A stretch of DNA of 64,000 nt from an uncultured Pseudanabaenaceae cyanobacterium (lineage in GTDB: Bacteria; Cyanobacteriota; Cyanobacteriia; PCC-9006; JAAUQQ01). Below are positions 1-10,452 of the stretch, piece after piece. The position numbers and the translations under genes are program-made. A model generated the notes under the pieces. That model did no database searches. It saw nothing but the letters and a program-made list of their open reading frames with translations, and was not told the origin of the DNA. The stretch covers positions 2,149-66,148 of the forward strand of contig CALIGI010000054.1 in NCBI GenBank assembly GCA_938021205.1. The letters run 5' to 3'. Position 1 is the first letter of the stretch. Each line of letters starts with the position of its first letter.

Positions 1-94
1 GCTTTACAGCTCAGTGAGTTCTCGTTCGGGAAGGAGCTGCTGCATCTTTGAAGCACAACAGTCGTAGAGAGATGGGACGGAGATGCCTTGAAGG

Positions 95-126
95 GAGCAG
101 GAATTGGCGATCGCCAATTCCTGCTC
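95..126. repeat. 32-bp perfect palindrome centred on a HIP1 site (possible terminator/cruciform)
   Basis: GAGCAGGAATTGGCGATCGCCAATTCCTGCTC equals its own reverse complement. Confidence 0.8.
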
Positions 127-272
127 GGGCATTATTAAGGTGTAACTCTTTTTTTCAGGTGAGCTACGTTGCTCCCAGGTTTGTGAAGCGATTGCGGAGC
201 AAGCTTTCGATGGAATGGTCTCGATGCCCTACTTCTCTATGTTCTGTTCGCGCCCTTGATTGGTTTAGGTCT

Positions 273-3200
273 ATGGCTGTCCGGAAGTCTCAAGCTGTGC
301 AAGTACAACCAGCTATTGCTCGATGGTGGTTTCGGTTCCCTGCTGTGAGGATGAGGCTGGGGGCAGCCCTGATGTTGTGGGCGAATCCTGGCCTGGTGTC
401 AGCGGTCTGGGCTCAGCCAGTTCTTCCTAGTCCAGTTCTCCCTAGTCTTGTCCCCAGTCTTGTCCCCAGGCCCATTGCTCCCCATGTGGATGGTACGGGG
501 TCCGTCGTCTTGCAAACGGGCGATCGCTTTGACATTACCGGCGGTGCTTTGTCAGACAATGGTCAGAATCTCTTTCACAGCTTTGAGCGCTTTGACCTGG
601 GGGTAGACCAAACTGCGTACTTTGTTGCTGCACCAGAGATCCGCAATATTCTCGGGCGGGTCACGGGGGGCAAGGCCTCCTATCTCAATGGCCATGTGCA
701 GGTGGGCAATGGCAATGCGAACTTATTGCTGATCAATCCGGCGGGCATTTTGACGGGCATCAATAGTGTGATTGATCTGCCGGGGTCTTTTACCGCGACC
801 ACGGCAGATTGGCTTGGCTTTGATGGCCAATGGTTGAATGTGCTGGAGACTGGAGCCTTCGCCCCCCAGGATGCTTCGCTCAATGGTCTGGGCTTTTCAG
901 ATTCGGTGAGCGGAACCATTGTCAATGAAGGCCGGATTCGTCTGGGGGCAGGACAGCAGCTCCGGCTCGTGGGCGGCATGGTTTTAAATACGGGGGAGCT
1001 GATTGTCCCCAATGGCGAGATCACCCTACTCTCGTTGCTAGGCCAACAGGTGATTGATGTTGGGTCCGATGGCTCTATCTCGCTGGGGGGAGCTCTACCG
1101 GGCAAAGCACCTTTGCTGACGCTTCAGTCTGTACCGGAACTGTTGGCTGCGCGATCGCCCCATCAAGCCTCCAAGATCACGATCAATGCTGCGAACGAAG
1201 TACAGTTGCTAGAGCAAGTTATTCCTGCCGAACCAGGGGTGACGATCACGGCTGGGAAGCTCAATGTTTCCGCAGAGCAAGGGGGACGGGTGGAGGTCTT
1301 GGGCGATCGCGTCGGTCTGCTCTCTGCTGATATCAATGCCACGGGCACCCAAGGCGGGGGCGCGGTGCTCATTGGTGGTGACTACCAGGGCAAAGGTGTA
1401 TTGCCCAATGCCCAGCAGACGGTGGTGGATACAGGCTCTGAAATTTCTGTAGATGTTGAAGCAACTGGTGATGCTGGGCGGACGATTGTTTGGGCGGATG
1501 ACAGGACACAATTTGCTGGGTTCATCTCGGCTAGAGGTGGAAGTCAGGGAGGAGATGGGGGCTTTGTTGAGGTGTCGGGGCAGCAACAATTAGTCTTCCG
1601 AGGCCAGGCTGATGTGACTGCCTCCCGGGGGATGACTGGAACACTATTACTGGATCCTGGAACGATTCGCATTGTCAATGGCAATGGTGGAGCCAATGAT
1701 GCAGCCCTAGGTAGCGGTGGAATTTTGTTTGGCCAGGGCTCTCCAGCAACAACCTTCACCCTTTCTGAAACGACCCTGGAAGCCCTGACTGGCAATGTCA
1801 TTCTGGAAGCTTTTGACGAAATTGTGATTGAAAATCTGTCGGATAACGTTTTGGCCTTGGACAGCGTTGAGTCGATTATTTTTAATGTCCAATCCGACAG
1901 CTCTACCTCTGAGCAATTCACCTTGACCGATGGCAATGATTTGATTCGGACCCAAGGCGGTGATCTGGGCATTGTGGCGAGGCGGATTGACCTGGGCTCG
2001 ATCACAACCCATGGCGGTGATATTGTTCTAGGGAGTTTCCTGAGTGCAGAGAATCCAATCACTGACAACATCAGTGGCTCAACTAATGTGACGCTCATGG
2101 ATGATGTGACCCTTGCTAGCGATGGGGGCGCTATTCGAATCAATGGCAATGTTCTAGGAGAGGCATTGTCGCCTCGAAGCCTGAGCGCGATCGCCGGAAC
2201 GGGTGACATTGATATGGGCCGTTTAGGCGACGCCTTTAGCTCCAATAGCACCTTGCAAAACCTAGTGCTCACGGGAAATAATATTACCTTGGGAGAGGCA
2301 AAAACAGAGGGCAGTCTGACGCTCCTGGCTGATGGCCAGCTCAGCCTTGGCTTTAGTCCTGAACTGAATGCCGGTGACGGTTTGCTGCTGTCGGCTCAGT
2401 CGCTAGAGGTTGATGCTCCTAAGTTGACCGCAGGTGACAGCATTGTTCTGCTATCCCAAACTGACCTGACATTGAACCGCTTTGCTGAAATCAATTCTGG
2501 TGCAAATACAACCATTGAAGTTCAAGTCGGTAGCCTCATCCTGGAGAACTTCAACCCAACCGGTGCTGTTGCACCTGGAAATATCACCCTGACCGCCAGC
2601 GAAAATCTAGCCGTTACAGGCTCTGCTCTTGCGGCGACAGGCAATCTGGTTTTGGTGGCTGGGGAACAGGCTATTCTCCAGGATGCCGGTCTTCCCCTGC
2701 GATTGAATGCCACGGCAGATATTCGTATTCAAGGAGATGCCGGTCTTGAGCTTGGGGCTTATCGTAATCCTGATTCGGCTATCAATGCGGGAGGTGATCT
2801 GCGCTTGCTCAGTGATGGCCCCATCGCCATAGACGCCATTTTGACCCAAGGGGGAAGCTTCATTGCAGAAGATATGGGTGGCAATCCCGCTGACCTCACA
2901 GCGAATGTGGCAAACTTTATCGGTCGCATCAGTGCCTCGGGGGATGTGACTTTTGGCCATTATGAAGGGCCGTCTCTCAGGGTAGAAGCAGGGGGCAGTA
3001 TCACCGGAGGGGATATTTCGATTTTTGCCCCAAATCCCAATATCACGGGACCTGAAGCAGACCTGTTCCAATCGACGGCCATGCCTTCGGTGTTTTTGAC
3101 TGCGGGGGTGGACAGCCTGACGGTTCCTGAGAATGCACCTTTGGCGATCGCCGCAGGGGGCACAACAGTTGCTGCTACCATAATGCCTAGTCTGCCTGCC

Positions 3201-4661
3201 AATATTCAAGTGGGCAATATTGATACAGGAGCAAGTGAATCCCAAAATGGTCCGATTCGTCTGGTAGCCCCCGGTAACATTGTCACGGGCAACTTAGATA
3301 CGACCTACAGCGACAATGTCTATAGCTATATTCAAGTCACGGCGGGGGGAGCCTTTAGTGGCGGTGACTTGAACAGCAGTGGCGGTGATATCTCGATTCA
3401 GACCCAGGGGGCAATTCAGGCGGGTGATATTGATACGAGTGGGTTTAGCAACTTAAGTGCGGTAACGCTGAGATCTGAAGCCGATAGCATTCAGGTCAGT
3501 ACCATTGATACGGGGTCCGGTGGGATTGAGGTTGAAGCGGCCGAATCCTTTCGGGCATTGGGCAGTTTTACAAATACCTTCAATGTGTTCAATAATGATC
3601 CCGGCTTACTGGATTACCTTGTCTCACTGGGATATGACCGCACAATTTTGGAGACCGAAGGCGTTGCCACTCCGCTGCCTCAAGCTCGGGTGAGTCTCAT
3701 TGCCCGTCCCTCTGGGGTCGCGCCGGGAAAAAACTATCAAGCTCCAATCTCTATTCTGAGCGGTGACCAGGGGCAAACGATTTTGGACCAAACCCCCGAA
3801 GCCTTGGGTGACCCAGGTCGGGTCTTGATTGTGGCAGATAGCCAGAGGGCTTTTCGATCTGGGGCTGCATTTGACGAGAACCCGCTCTATAAGCCTGCGG
3901 ATGCTGGGGATCAAATTGAAGACTTTGACCCGGTAACGAATAACTTTGATTTCACTTCAACGCCAGGAGCTGCTCTAGTGTACGGGACAGATGCTTTTCC
4001 CATGGGTGCCAGTGGTTTTGCAGGGAGTGTCACGGTGGGAGAGGGGACAGATTCGAGCCTTTATGCCTCTTTGCAAGACCAATTCTTTGACCCTCCCAGT
4101 TCCACAGTGGGGAGTGGCTCGCCCAGTACTCCAGATGCTGGAACGGGGAACAGTACCGGAACTGGAGTGATGATTAGCAGTGGAGCTAGTGCTGGAACTG
4201 GCTCGGGTGTTGGAACCGATGCTGGAACCGGTGCTGGAACGACTGGCGGAACTGGCGGCGATGGTACTTCGCCTGGCAATGGAGGGGCGACGAATCTTGT
4301 GATTGCCAGCCGTAGTGCGACTTCTGCCCAGCGACAAGGGGAGCGTCGTGATGCGATTTGTGAAAGCTGGAACTCAGGCTTGCATGATACCGCTGAAGCA
4401 TCCCTTCTCTCTGAGGATTCTGATGGGCTGGAGCCTATCCCTGAGCGTCCAGCGAATGAAGCCTGTGACCCAGTAGAGAATAAATTAGTTGATTCTACAA
4501 CTTTGTTGCGAGGTATTGCGATGCCTGCTCTGCCTCAGGATGGGATTCTGCCTAGATTTAGTGAGCTTGAGTCAAGTGAGCTTGAGTCAAGTGAGATTGA
4601 ACCGAGTGAAACAGAAGACCCAGGAGAGGTCGATGCTGCCTTGTCTGGGGGCATTCAATGA
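273..4661 (+). CDS. Filamentous haemagglutinin N-terminal (TPS) domain exoprotein, TpsA-like
   Basis: TPS motifs NLFHSF, NILGRVTGG, NLLLINPAGI; signal-like AxA-Q near N-terminus; beta-helix-like G/T/S/N-rich body. ORF is open from 48; ATG 273 or 351 is the more likely start. Confidence 0.9.
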   Translation: MAVRKSQAVQVQPAIARWWFRFPAVRMRLGAALMLWANPGLVSAVWAQPVLPSPVLPSLVPSLVPRPIAPHVDGTGSVVLQTGDRFDITGGALSDNGQNLFHSFERFDLGVDQTAYFVAAPEIRNILGRVTGGKASYLNGHVQVGNGNANLLLINPAGILTGINSVIDLPGSFTATTADWLGFDGQWLNVLETGAFAPQDASLNGLGFSDSVSGTIVNEGRIRLGAGQQLRLVGGMVLNTGELIVPNGEITLLSLLGQQVIDVGSDGSISLGGALPGKAPLLTLQSVPELLAARSPHQASKITINAANEVQLLEQVIPAEPGVTITAGKLNVSAEQGGRVEVLGDRVGLLSADINATGTQGGGAVLIGGDYQGKGVLPNAQQTVVDTGSEISVDVEATGDAGRTIVWADDRTQFAGFISARGGSQGGDGGFVEVSGQQQLVFRGQADVTASRGMTGTLLLDPGTIRIVNGNGGANDAALGSGGILFGQGSPATTFTLSETTLEALTGNVILEAFDEIVIENLSDNVLALDSVESIIFNVQSDSSTSEQFTLTDGNDLIRTQGGDLGIVARRIDLGSITTHGGDIVLGSFLSAENPITDNISGSTNVTLMDDVTLASDGGAIRINGNVLGEALSPRSLSAIAGTGDIDMGRLGDAFSSNSTLQNLVLTGNNITLGEAKTEGSLTLLADGQLSLGFSPELNAGDGLLLSAQSLEVDAPKLTAGDSIVLLSQTDLTLNRFAEINSGANTTIEVQVGSLILENFNPTGAVAPGNITLTASENLAVTGSALAATGNLVLVAGEQAILQDAGLPLRLNATADIRIQGDAGLELGAYRNPDSAINAGGDLRLLSDGPIAIDAILTQGGSFIAEDMGGNPADLTANVANFIGRISASGDVTFGHYEGPSLRVEAGGSITGGDISIFAPNPNITGPEADLFQSTAMPSVFLTAGVDSLTVPENAPLAIAAGGTTVAATIMPSLPANIQVGNIDTGASESQNGPIRLVAPGNIVTGNLDTTYSDNVYSYIQVTAGGAFSGGDLNSSGGDISIQTQGAIQAGDIDTSGFSNLSAVTLRSEADSIQVSTIDTGSGGIEVEAAESFRALGSFTNTFNVFNNDPGLLDYLVSLGYDRTILETEGVATPLPQARVSLIARPSGVAPGKNYQAPISILSGDQGQTILDQTPEALGDPGRVLIVADSQRAFRSGAAFDENPLYKPADAGDQIEDFDPVTNNFDFTSTPGAALVYGTDAFPMGASGFAGSVTVGEGTDSSLYASLQDQFFDPPSSTVGSGSPSTPDAGTGNSTGTGVMISSGASAGTGSGVGTDAGTGAGTTGGTGGDGTSPGNGGATNLVIASRSATSAQRQGERRDAICESWNSGLHDTAEASLLSEDSDGLEPIPERPANEACDPVENKLVDSTTLLRGIAMPALPQDGILPRFSELESSELESSEIEPSETEDPGEVDAALSGGIQ

Positions 4662-7129
4662 CGTGGAACAGCCAGTTGAACGGCCAGTTGAACAGCCAGT
4701 TGAGCAGCCTTGTCTTGGGGATTGGACTGGCAGGAGCGATCGCCCTAGTCCCCCCAAGCCTGGCCTTGGCGCAGCCGCCTGGCCAGGTTTCACGTCTGTC
4801 CGTGGAGCAGCGCTATAACGATGCCAAACAACAGATAGCAGCGGGACAATATGATGCCGCGATCGCCCTTTACGAAGCAACCCTGGCCGAAGCTCGCCAT
4901 GCCGCGCCGGACTTTGTGCCGTTTGTGCTGGGAAACCTGGCGATCGCCTATCGAGTGACTGGGCAGTATCAACAGGCGATCGCCAGCAATCAAGCGGTGA
5001 TCACACTATTTCGCCAGCAGGGCAATGCGGTTCTAGAAGGGCGTGCTCTCAGTAACTTAGGCAATGTTTACGAAGCCCTGGGCAATTACGAGCAGGCTCA
5101 ACAAGCCTTTGAACAGGCCCAGTCCCTGGCTCAGCAAACGGGAGATCGAGCTGGACAGACCTTGCTGTGGAACAGCTTGGGGGTGCTAGCAGCCAAGCAA
5201 GGCCAGCCAAGAGTGGCCATTGCCGCTTACCAACGCAGTCTGGATCTGGCAACGGAGAGCGGAAATTTGCAGGCTCAGGCTAGTAGCTGGCTCAATTTAG
5301 GAGATACCTTCCATGCCCAGGGGAAACTCTCCCAGGCCATGGATTATTACAACCAGAGCTTGACCGCTGCCCAGTCTTCCGGGAATCGAACCCTGGAAGC
5401 AGAAGCCTTGGGGAGTCTGGGGGTTGTCCACAGCAGTCGTCGTGACTTTGCCACTGCCATCGAACGGCTGGAGCAGAGCCTGGCCTTATTTGAGATGATT
5501 GGCGATCGCGCCCGCCTAGCCCTCACCCTCAATAACCTGGCCCATGCCCACTACAATGCCCGCGCCTTCCGCCAGGCCGAAGTTCAACTCCGCCGCTCGC
5601 TAACCGTATTGGATGGCCTGCGCCAGGGCCTCAGCGACCTAGACAAGGTCTCCATCTTTGATACCCAAACCAAGACTTACAACTTGCTCCAGCAAGTCCT
5701 GTCCAGCCAGAGCCGCAGTGCTGATGCCCTAGAAGTTGCAGAGTGGGGGCGCGCCCGTGCCTTTGCGGACCTGCTGAATCAGCGCCTCGAATATGGAAGT
5801 GATGCATCTGCAACTGTGAAGCCTCCTGAAATTGAAGCCCTTCAGCGCATTGCCCGCGATCGCCAGGCCACCCTCGTCGAATACACCCTCGTCCCCGAGG
5901 ATGACTTCCTCCACCAGGGTAAACAGATGGGCATTCCTGAGGCCATTTATATCTGGGTTGTTCAGCCCGACGGCCAGGTTCATCAGCGCCGAGCTGATCT
6001 CAAGCCCCTCATTGCCCAGCAACAACCGCTGGAACTGCTCGTGCAGGCTTCTCGCTGTTTTGACTCGGCGCTAATGTGTCAACGCCAGCGCCAGCGGCAA
6101 ATGCGTGAGCGGGCAGCGGCGGGGAGCTCACGGGGCTTTAGCTTTAATGCGCCCGAACCTGCGATCGTTGTGGAGCCATCTGAACCAAAGTTACGACGCT
6201 ATGACGGATTACAGCAGCTCCATCAGTTGCTGATCGAACCTATTGTGGAGCTACTGCCCGATGATCCAGAACAGCAGGTGATTGTGATCCCCCAGGGAGA
6301 ACTCTTCTGGGTACCCTTCCCAGCGCTCCAGGATCAGAGCGGAGAATTCTTGATTGCCCACCATACGTTGCTGACCGCCCCTTCCATCCAAACCTTGGCC
6401 CTGACGGCCCAGGCTAAAGCCCGATTACCCCAGCGCAGTAAGACGGCCCAAGATTTCCTGGTGGTGGGCAATCCCACCATGCCCACTGTCTCCTTGCATC
6501 TCGATCAACCTGCGACGCCTTTGGCACCTTTGCCTGGCGCGGAAGCGGAAGCGATCGCCATTGCCCAAATGCTCAACACTGAGCCGCTCCTCGGAGCCCA
6601 GGCCAAAGAGTCCGCCGTGCTCCAACGTCTAGCCCAGGCCCACTGGATCCATCTCGCGACCCATGGTTTGCTCAGCTATGGTGTCGACCCCGCGAGACAG
6701 ACAGGGCGTCGGCCTGTTCCAGGGGCGATCGCTCTAGCGATGGATATAGTGGGTACTACAACTGATGGCCTCGGAGCCGATAACATCCGCCTGGATGGCC
6801 TGTTGACCTCCAGTGAAATTATCAACTTGCGCCTCAATGCCGAGCTAGTTGTCCTCAGTGCCTGTGATACGGGGCGGGGCGATCTCACAGGGGATGGTGT
6901 TGTTGGATTAGCAAGAGCCTGGATGGGAGCTGGTGTTCCCTCCGTTGTCGTTTCCCTCTGGGCTGTTTCCGATGCCTCAACCGCCGCATTAATGCAAGCT
7001 TTCTATGGCAACTTAGCTCAGGGAATGACCAAGGCCCAAGCCTTGCGCCAGGCGATGTTGACGACCTCCCAAACCTATCCGAATCCCTCGGACTGGTCGG
7101 CCTTTACGCTGCTGGGTGAGGCGGAATAA
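4658..7129 (+). CDS. TPR repeat + CHAT (caspase-like) domain protein with predicted signal peptide
   Basis: Multiple TPRs (ALSNLGNVY, NSLGVL, NNLAHAH); CHAT dyad motifs IHLATHG and VVLSACDTG; C-terminal WSAFTLLG; ATGA overlap with upstream gene. Confidence 0.93.
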   Translation: MTWNSQLNGQLNSQLSSLVLGIGLAGAIALVPPSLALAQPPGQVSRLSVEQRYNDAKQQIAAGQYDAAIALYEATLAEARHAAPDFVPFVLGNLAIAYRVTGQYQQAIASNQAVITLFRQQGNAVLEGRALSNLGNVYEALGNYEQAQQAFEQAQSLAQQTGDRAGQTLLWNSLGVLAAKQGQPRVAIAAYQRSLDLATESGNLQAQASSWLNLGDTFHAQGKLSQAMDYYNQSLTAAQSSGNRTLEAEALGSLGVVHSSRRDFATAIERLEQSLALFEMIGDRARLALTLNNLAHAHYNARAFRQAEVQLRRSLTVLDGLRQGLSDLDKVSIFDTQTKTYNLLQQVLSSQSRSADALEVAEWGRARAFADLLNQRLEYGSDASATVKPPEIEALQRIARDRQATLVEYTLVPEDDFLHQGKQMGIPEAIYIWVVQPDGQVHQRRADLKPLIAQQQPLELLVQASRCFDSALMCQRQRQRQMRERAAAGSSRGFSFNAPEPAIVVEPSEPKLRRYDGLQQLHQLLIEPIVELLPDDPEQQVIVIPQGELFWVPFPALQDQSGEFLIAHHTLLTAPSIQTLALTAQAKARLPQRSKTAQDFLVVGNPTMPTVSLHLDQPATPLAPLPGAEAEAIAIAQMLNTEPLLGAQAKESAVLQRLAQAHWIHLATHGLLSYGVDPARQTGRRPVPGAIALAMDIVGTTTDGLGADNIRLDGLLTSSEIINLRLNAELVVLSACDTGRGDLTGDGVVGLARAWMGAGVPSVVVSLWAVSDASTAALMQAFYGNLAQGMTKAQALRQAMLTTSQTYPNPSDWSAFTLLGEAE

Positions 7130-8168
7130 TCGTCTGGGATGACTCCTCTGGGGGGACCTGGTTGCGATGGATAGATTGGTCTCGACCCTGTTGCTTCGCT
7201 AAGTAAAGCGCTTGATCTGCGGACTGAAGGAGTTGAGCAGGGGGAATGCTTCCGAGGGGAGTACAGGTGCTGATACCTTGGCTGATGGTTACGTAAGGGC
7301 CCACGCTGGAGGCTTCGTGGTGGATCTCCAGCCGAGCAATTTCCGTTTGGATGAGATTGGCGATGTAGATTGCCCCCGCTGCATCCACGTTGGGCAAGAT
7401 AATGGCGAATTCTTCGCCGCCGTAGCGAGTCAGTAGATCCCCCGGACGCTTCAGCAAGCGTTTCACCTTCTGGGCAATCTGGACCAGGCAGGTGTCGCCA
7501 GCGGGGTGGCCATAGTGATCGTTGTAGGCTTTGAAGTAGTCGATGTCGAACAGGATTAGGGATAAGGGCCTGCGTTCCCGGCGTAACCTCAACCATTCTT
7601 GATTGAGGCGTTCGTCAAAGCAACGGCGGTTGCCGACCTGGGTGAGTCCGTCAATGTGGACGAGTTGTTGAAGTTTGTGGTTGTTTTCGGTGATGCTGCG
7701 GTTCTGCTGCTTGAGGGTTTGATTGGCCCGTTTCAGGTCGTGATTGGCGATTTGAAGGATTTGGGACTGCTGGTGAATGCGGAGATGATTATCAATGCGG
7801 GCTAACAGTTCTAGCCGTTCTAAAGGCTTTGTGAGATAATCCACACCGCCCGCTTCAAAGCCTTGAACTTTATATTGGGGTTCGTCCAATGCGGTCATGA
7901 AAATGACAGGTGTTTCACTGAGCTCGGAGCTGCTTTTGAGCGTTTTACAAAGTTTGAAGCCACTCATGTCGGGCAACATTACATCCAACAGAATGAGCTG
8001 GGGATTAACCAGTCTTGCGCTTTCGAGGGCGCTGGCTCCATCTGTTGCCACAGCGACCTCAAATTGCTCCTCCGAAAGAAAGGTGAGAGCAACACCGAGA
8101 TTATCAGGGTTATCATCTACGACCAATATGTTGGGGGAGGCTAGATTTGGGAAAGAGGCTAGGGGCAT
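7104..8168 (-). CDS. Response-regulator diguanylate cyclase (REC-GGDEF)
   Basis: REC (ILVVDD, LLDVMLP); DGLTQVGNRR; RYGGEEF; RxxD I-site (RPGD). Confidence 0.93.
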   Translation of the reverse strand: MPLASFPNLASPNILVVDDNPDNLGVALTFLSEEQFEVAVATDGASALESARLVNPQLILLDVMLPDMSGFKLCKTLKSSSELSETPVIFMTALDEPQYKVQGFEAGGVDYLTKPLERLELLARIDNHLRIHQQSQILQIANHDLKRANQTLKQQNRSITENNHKLQQLVHIDGLTQVGNRRCFDERLNQEWLRLRRERRPLSLILFDIDYFKAYNDHYGHPAGDTCLVQIAQKVKRLLKRPGDLLTRYGGEEFAIILPNVDAAGAIYIANLIQTEIARLEIHHEASSVGPYVTISQGISTCTPLGSIPPAQLLQSADQALYLAKQQGRDQSIHRNQVPPEESSQTIIPPHPAA

Positions 8169-8447
8169 CGCAGGGGGTGAGGCAAAGGCGCAGGCGATCG
8201 ATCTGACAGAGTCTGGTGGAGGATGATGCTATGCCGGTGGCAGTCACTTGTAGATGTAGCTGTGACTATTTGCAGCTATGCATAGGCATGGTTGCAATGT
8301 GCATGCCCATAAAATCCCATTTAGACTGCCGATCTAGTCTAAGAATGCCCGCTTGGCACTTATGATACTGTCTCAGTTTGAAAATCAATGTGATCTGTCT
8401 GAGATCTATCCGATATCTTCTGTGATCCTAATCGTGAGAAGTCAGCA

Positions 8448-8945
8448 CTACTGAAATCCTTTGAACGGTTGGAGCCAACCTTGGGCTAGGCCAAAGTCTA
8501 AGACGATACGCGCGATCGCCACTAAGGCCAGGCTCTCTCCCAGCATGACGAGCAACAGTAGTCCATCTCCCCGAAGTAACCAGGCTGTATCTACTTGGGC
8601 CATGCCTCGCACCAGTCCAAAGGCCAGCACCGCGCCACTGCGCAGATGGGAGCTGGGGTCTTCGCGAATCACATAGCGGTAGGTCACGGCGAAGAGAAAG
8701 CCTGTGAGACTGGCGATCGCCCATCCCAGGCTTTGCCAAGGTAATGGACTGATAAGACTGGCCAGAGACGCTTTGCCATTGAAGCTGTTTAGCTCTGGCA
8801 GTAGCTGGGCTTCCAATAGCGACAACAGGATGGCGGTCAGGAGGCATGCGATCGCGCCTAGGAGACCGGCTTTGATCGACTCAATTCGTTCTTGCCAGAG
8901 CATAGATGCAGGGTGAACTAAGGACGGAGATGATGCCCTGGGCAT
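8448..8945 (-). CDS. Conserved cyanobacterial membrane protein
   Basis: About 4 hydrophobic segments, FAVTYRYVIR motif; 24 bp downstream of the PfkB gene. Confidence 0.75.
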   Translation of the reverse strand: MPRASSPSLVHPASMLWQERIESIKAGLLGAIACLLTAILLSLLEAQLLPELNSFNGKASLASLISPLPWQSLGWAIASLTGFLFAVTYRYVIREDPSSHLRSGAVLAFGLVRGMAQVDTAWLLRGDGLLLLVMLGESLALVAIARIVLDFGLAQGWLQPFKGFQ

Positions 8946-8969
8946 CGATCTGAAGATTACTACACTGGC

Positions 8970-9956
8970 TTAGACAAAGCGATCTCCGTTGGGCTCTAGC
9001 CAGTTTCGGGTGCCAAAGGATTGGCAGGCAAGGCTGGCGATCGCGGCAGCGGCTTTCAGGGCTGGGGGGAAATCCAATTTCAAGATGTAGTGGCAAAAGG
9101 CCCCATGGAAAATATCGCCCGCTCCCAAAGTATCCACGGTCTGAATCGTCGGCACAGCAACTTCCCCGCTGCGCCCTCTTGTTTTTGTCGGTGAGGGAGT
9201 CGTCTCCTTGCCATGCCGTTGCCAGTAGGTTATTGGTCCATCACCATGGGTGAAAGCAATCTGCGGAACCCCCAGCGCTTGGAGATAGCCCAGAGTCTCT
9301 GCCTCGCTGCCACATCCCGGTGGTCGAAAGTCGGCGGAGCAAATTGCGTAGTCTGTGGTCGCTAACACCGCTTCAAAACCCGCCTTCCAACTACCACCAT
9401 CCACGACGACCGGAATATTTTGCGCCTGTGCCATGGAGGCAAGATGGGCTGAGAGTTCCATTTGATGGCCATCGACTAATAGGATATCCAACCCACTCAG
9501 CAGGTCTGTGAACGGATGGTCGATATTTGTCTCCCTAGGATGCTTCGTAGGGGCTGAAAGTTGATGCCGTTTTGCATTGATCGAAATAATAGAGCGCTCC
9601 CCCGTTTGGGCATTCACCAAGATGGAGGAAAGGCTGGGAGGGTCGCAATGGTCCGGTGCGAGATCCTGGAGATTGACCTTCCAGCGCTGGGCATCACTGC
9701 GAATGAGCTGGGCGAGGGGATGTTGGCCGATAACCGCTGCGAGCCTGGCCTCATTGTTGGCACTGAGTTGGGCAAAGGTGACTGCGGCATTGGTCGCCGG
9801 GCCACCGGGACTGAGCTGATAGTCCTGGGCGACCTGTTTTTGATTGGCACCCAGGGGGCTGTTGGCTAAGTAGATGATGTCTATTGTGGCGAGGCCTAGG
9901 AATAATCCCTTTTGCTGTGGGGGCTGCTCGTCTGTGGGGGGAGGGAATGGATGCAT
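8970..9956 (-). CDS. PfkB-family carbohydrate kinase
   Basis: GGPATNAAV and DTLGAGDIFHGAF PfkB signatures. Confidence 0.9.
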   Translation of the reverse strand: MHPFPPPTDEQPPQQKGLFLGLATIDIIYLANSPLGANQKQVAQDYQLSPGGPATNAAVTFAQLSANNEARLAAVIGQHPLAQLIRSDAQRWKVNLQDLAPDHCDPPSLSSILVNAQTGERSIISINAKRHQLSAPTKHPRETNIDHPFTDLLSGLDILLVDGHQMELSAHLASMAQAQNIPVVVDGGSWKAGFEAVLATTDYAICSADFRPPGCGSEAETLGYLQALGVPQIAFTHGDGPITYWQRHGKETTPSPTKTRGRSGEVAVPTIQTVDTLGAGDIFHGAFCHYILKLDFPPALKAAAAIASLACQSFGTRNWLEPNGDRFV

Positions 9957-10452
9957 CGGCGATCGCTAAAACTGTCTGTGGTTAGAATTGCCCTGGCTTG
10001 CTTTGATTCACCGTGAGGGATACCAAGGTGCTGAGCGGAATGGCATGTTCACAACTGCTCGCTAGCTATGGTGCTGCTCAATTGTCGTAAATCAACCTTG
10101 ATCTTGAACTTGGGCCAGGATAAGGCCAAATTCGGATTTCTATAAATCAACTTGCTGGCTGCTATCTAGAAAGAGATTTAGAACTATTCTAAAACACTAA
10201 AATGATGGATTAAGCGTAGATCAATTTTTAATTAAATGAAAAATTGATTTCCATTCTTCGTAACTAATTTTTGTTTGTTTATCCTCCTATTCTCCCATGA
10301 AAATCAGGGAAGTTTTGGAGATTTTGACCTGAAGTATTCCCTAGTTGAAGCTGCTTTGAGGATATGACTCTTAAGCTCTTGTTCTCGTTGAATGTACTTA
10401 GAATTTCAGTAGTCAAGAGTGTCAAATACATCGAAATAATCGTTACTACAAG

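Noticed and set aside
48-272. N-terminal extension of the FHA ORF from TTG 48
   Set aside because: It reads through the 32-bp palindrome and is not signal-like; ATG 273 or 351 fits better
680-3245. Long minus-strand ORFs (680-1105, 1544-2272, 2607-3245)
   Set aside because: Antisense shadows of the FHA gene with no motifs
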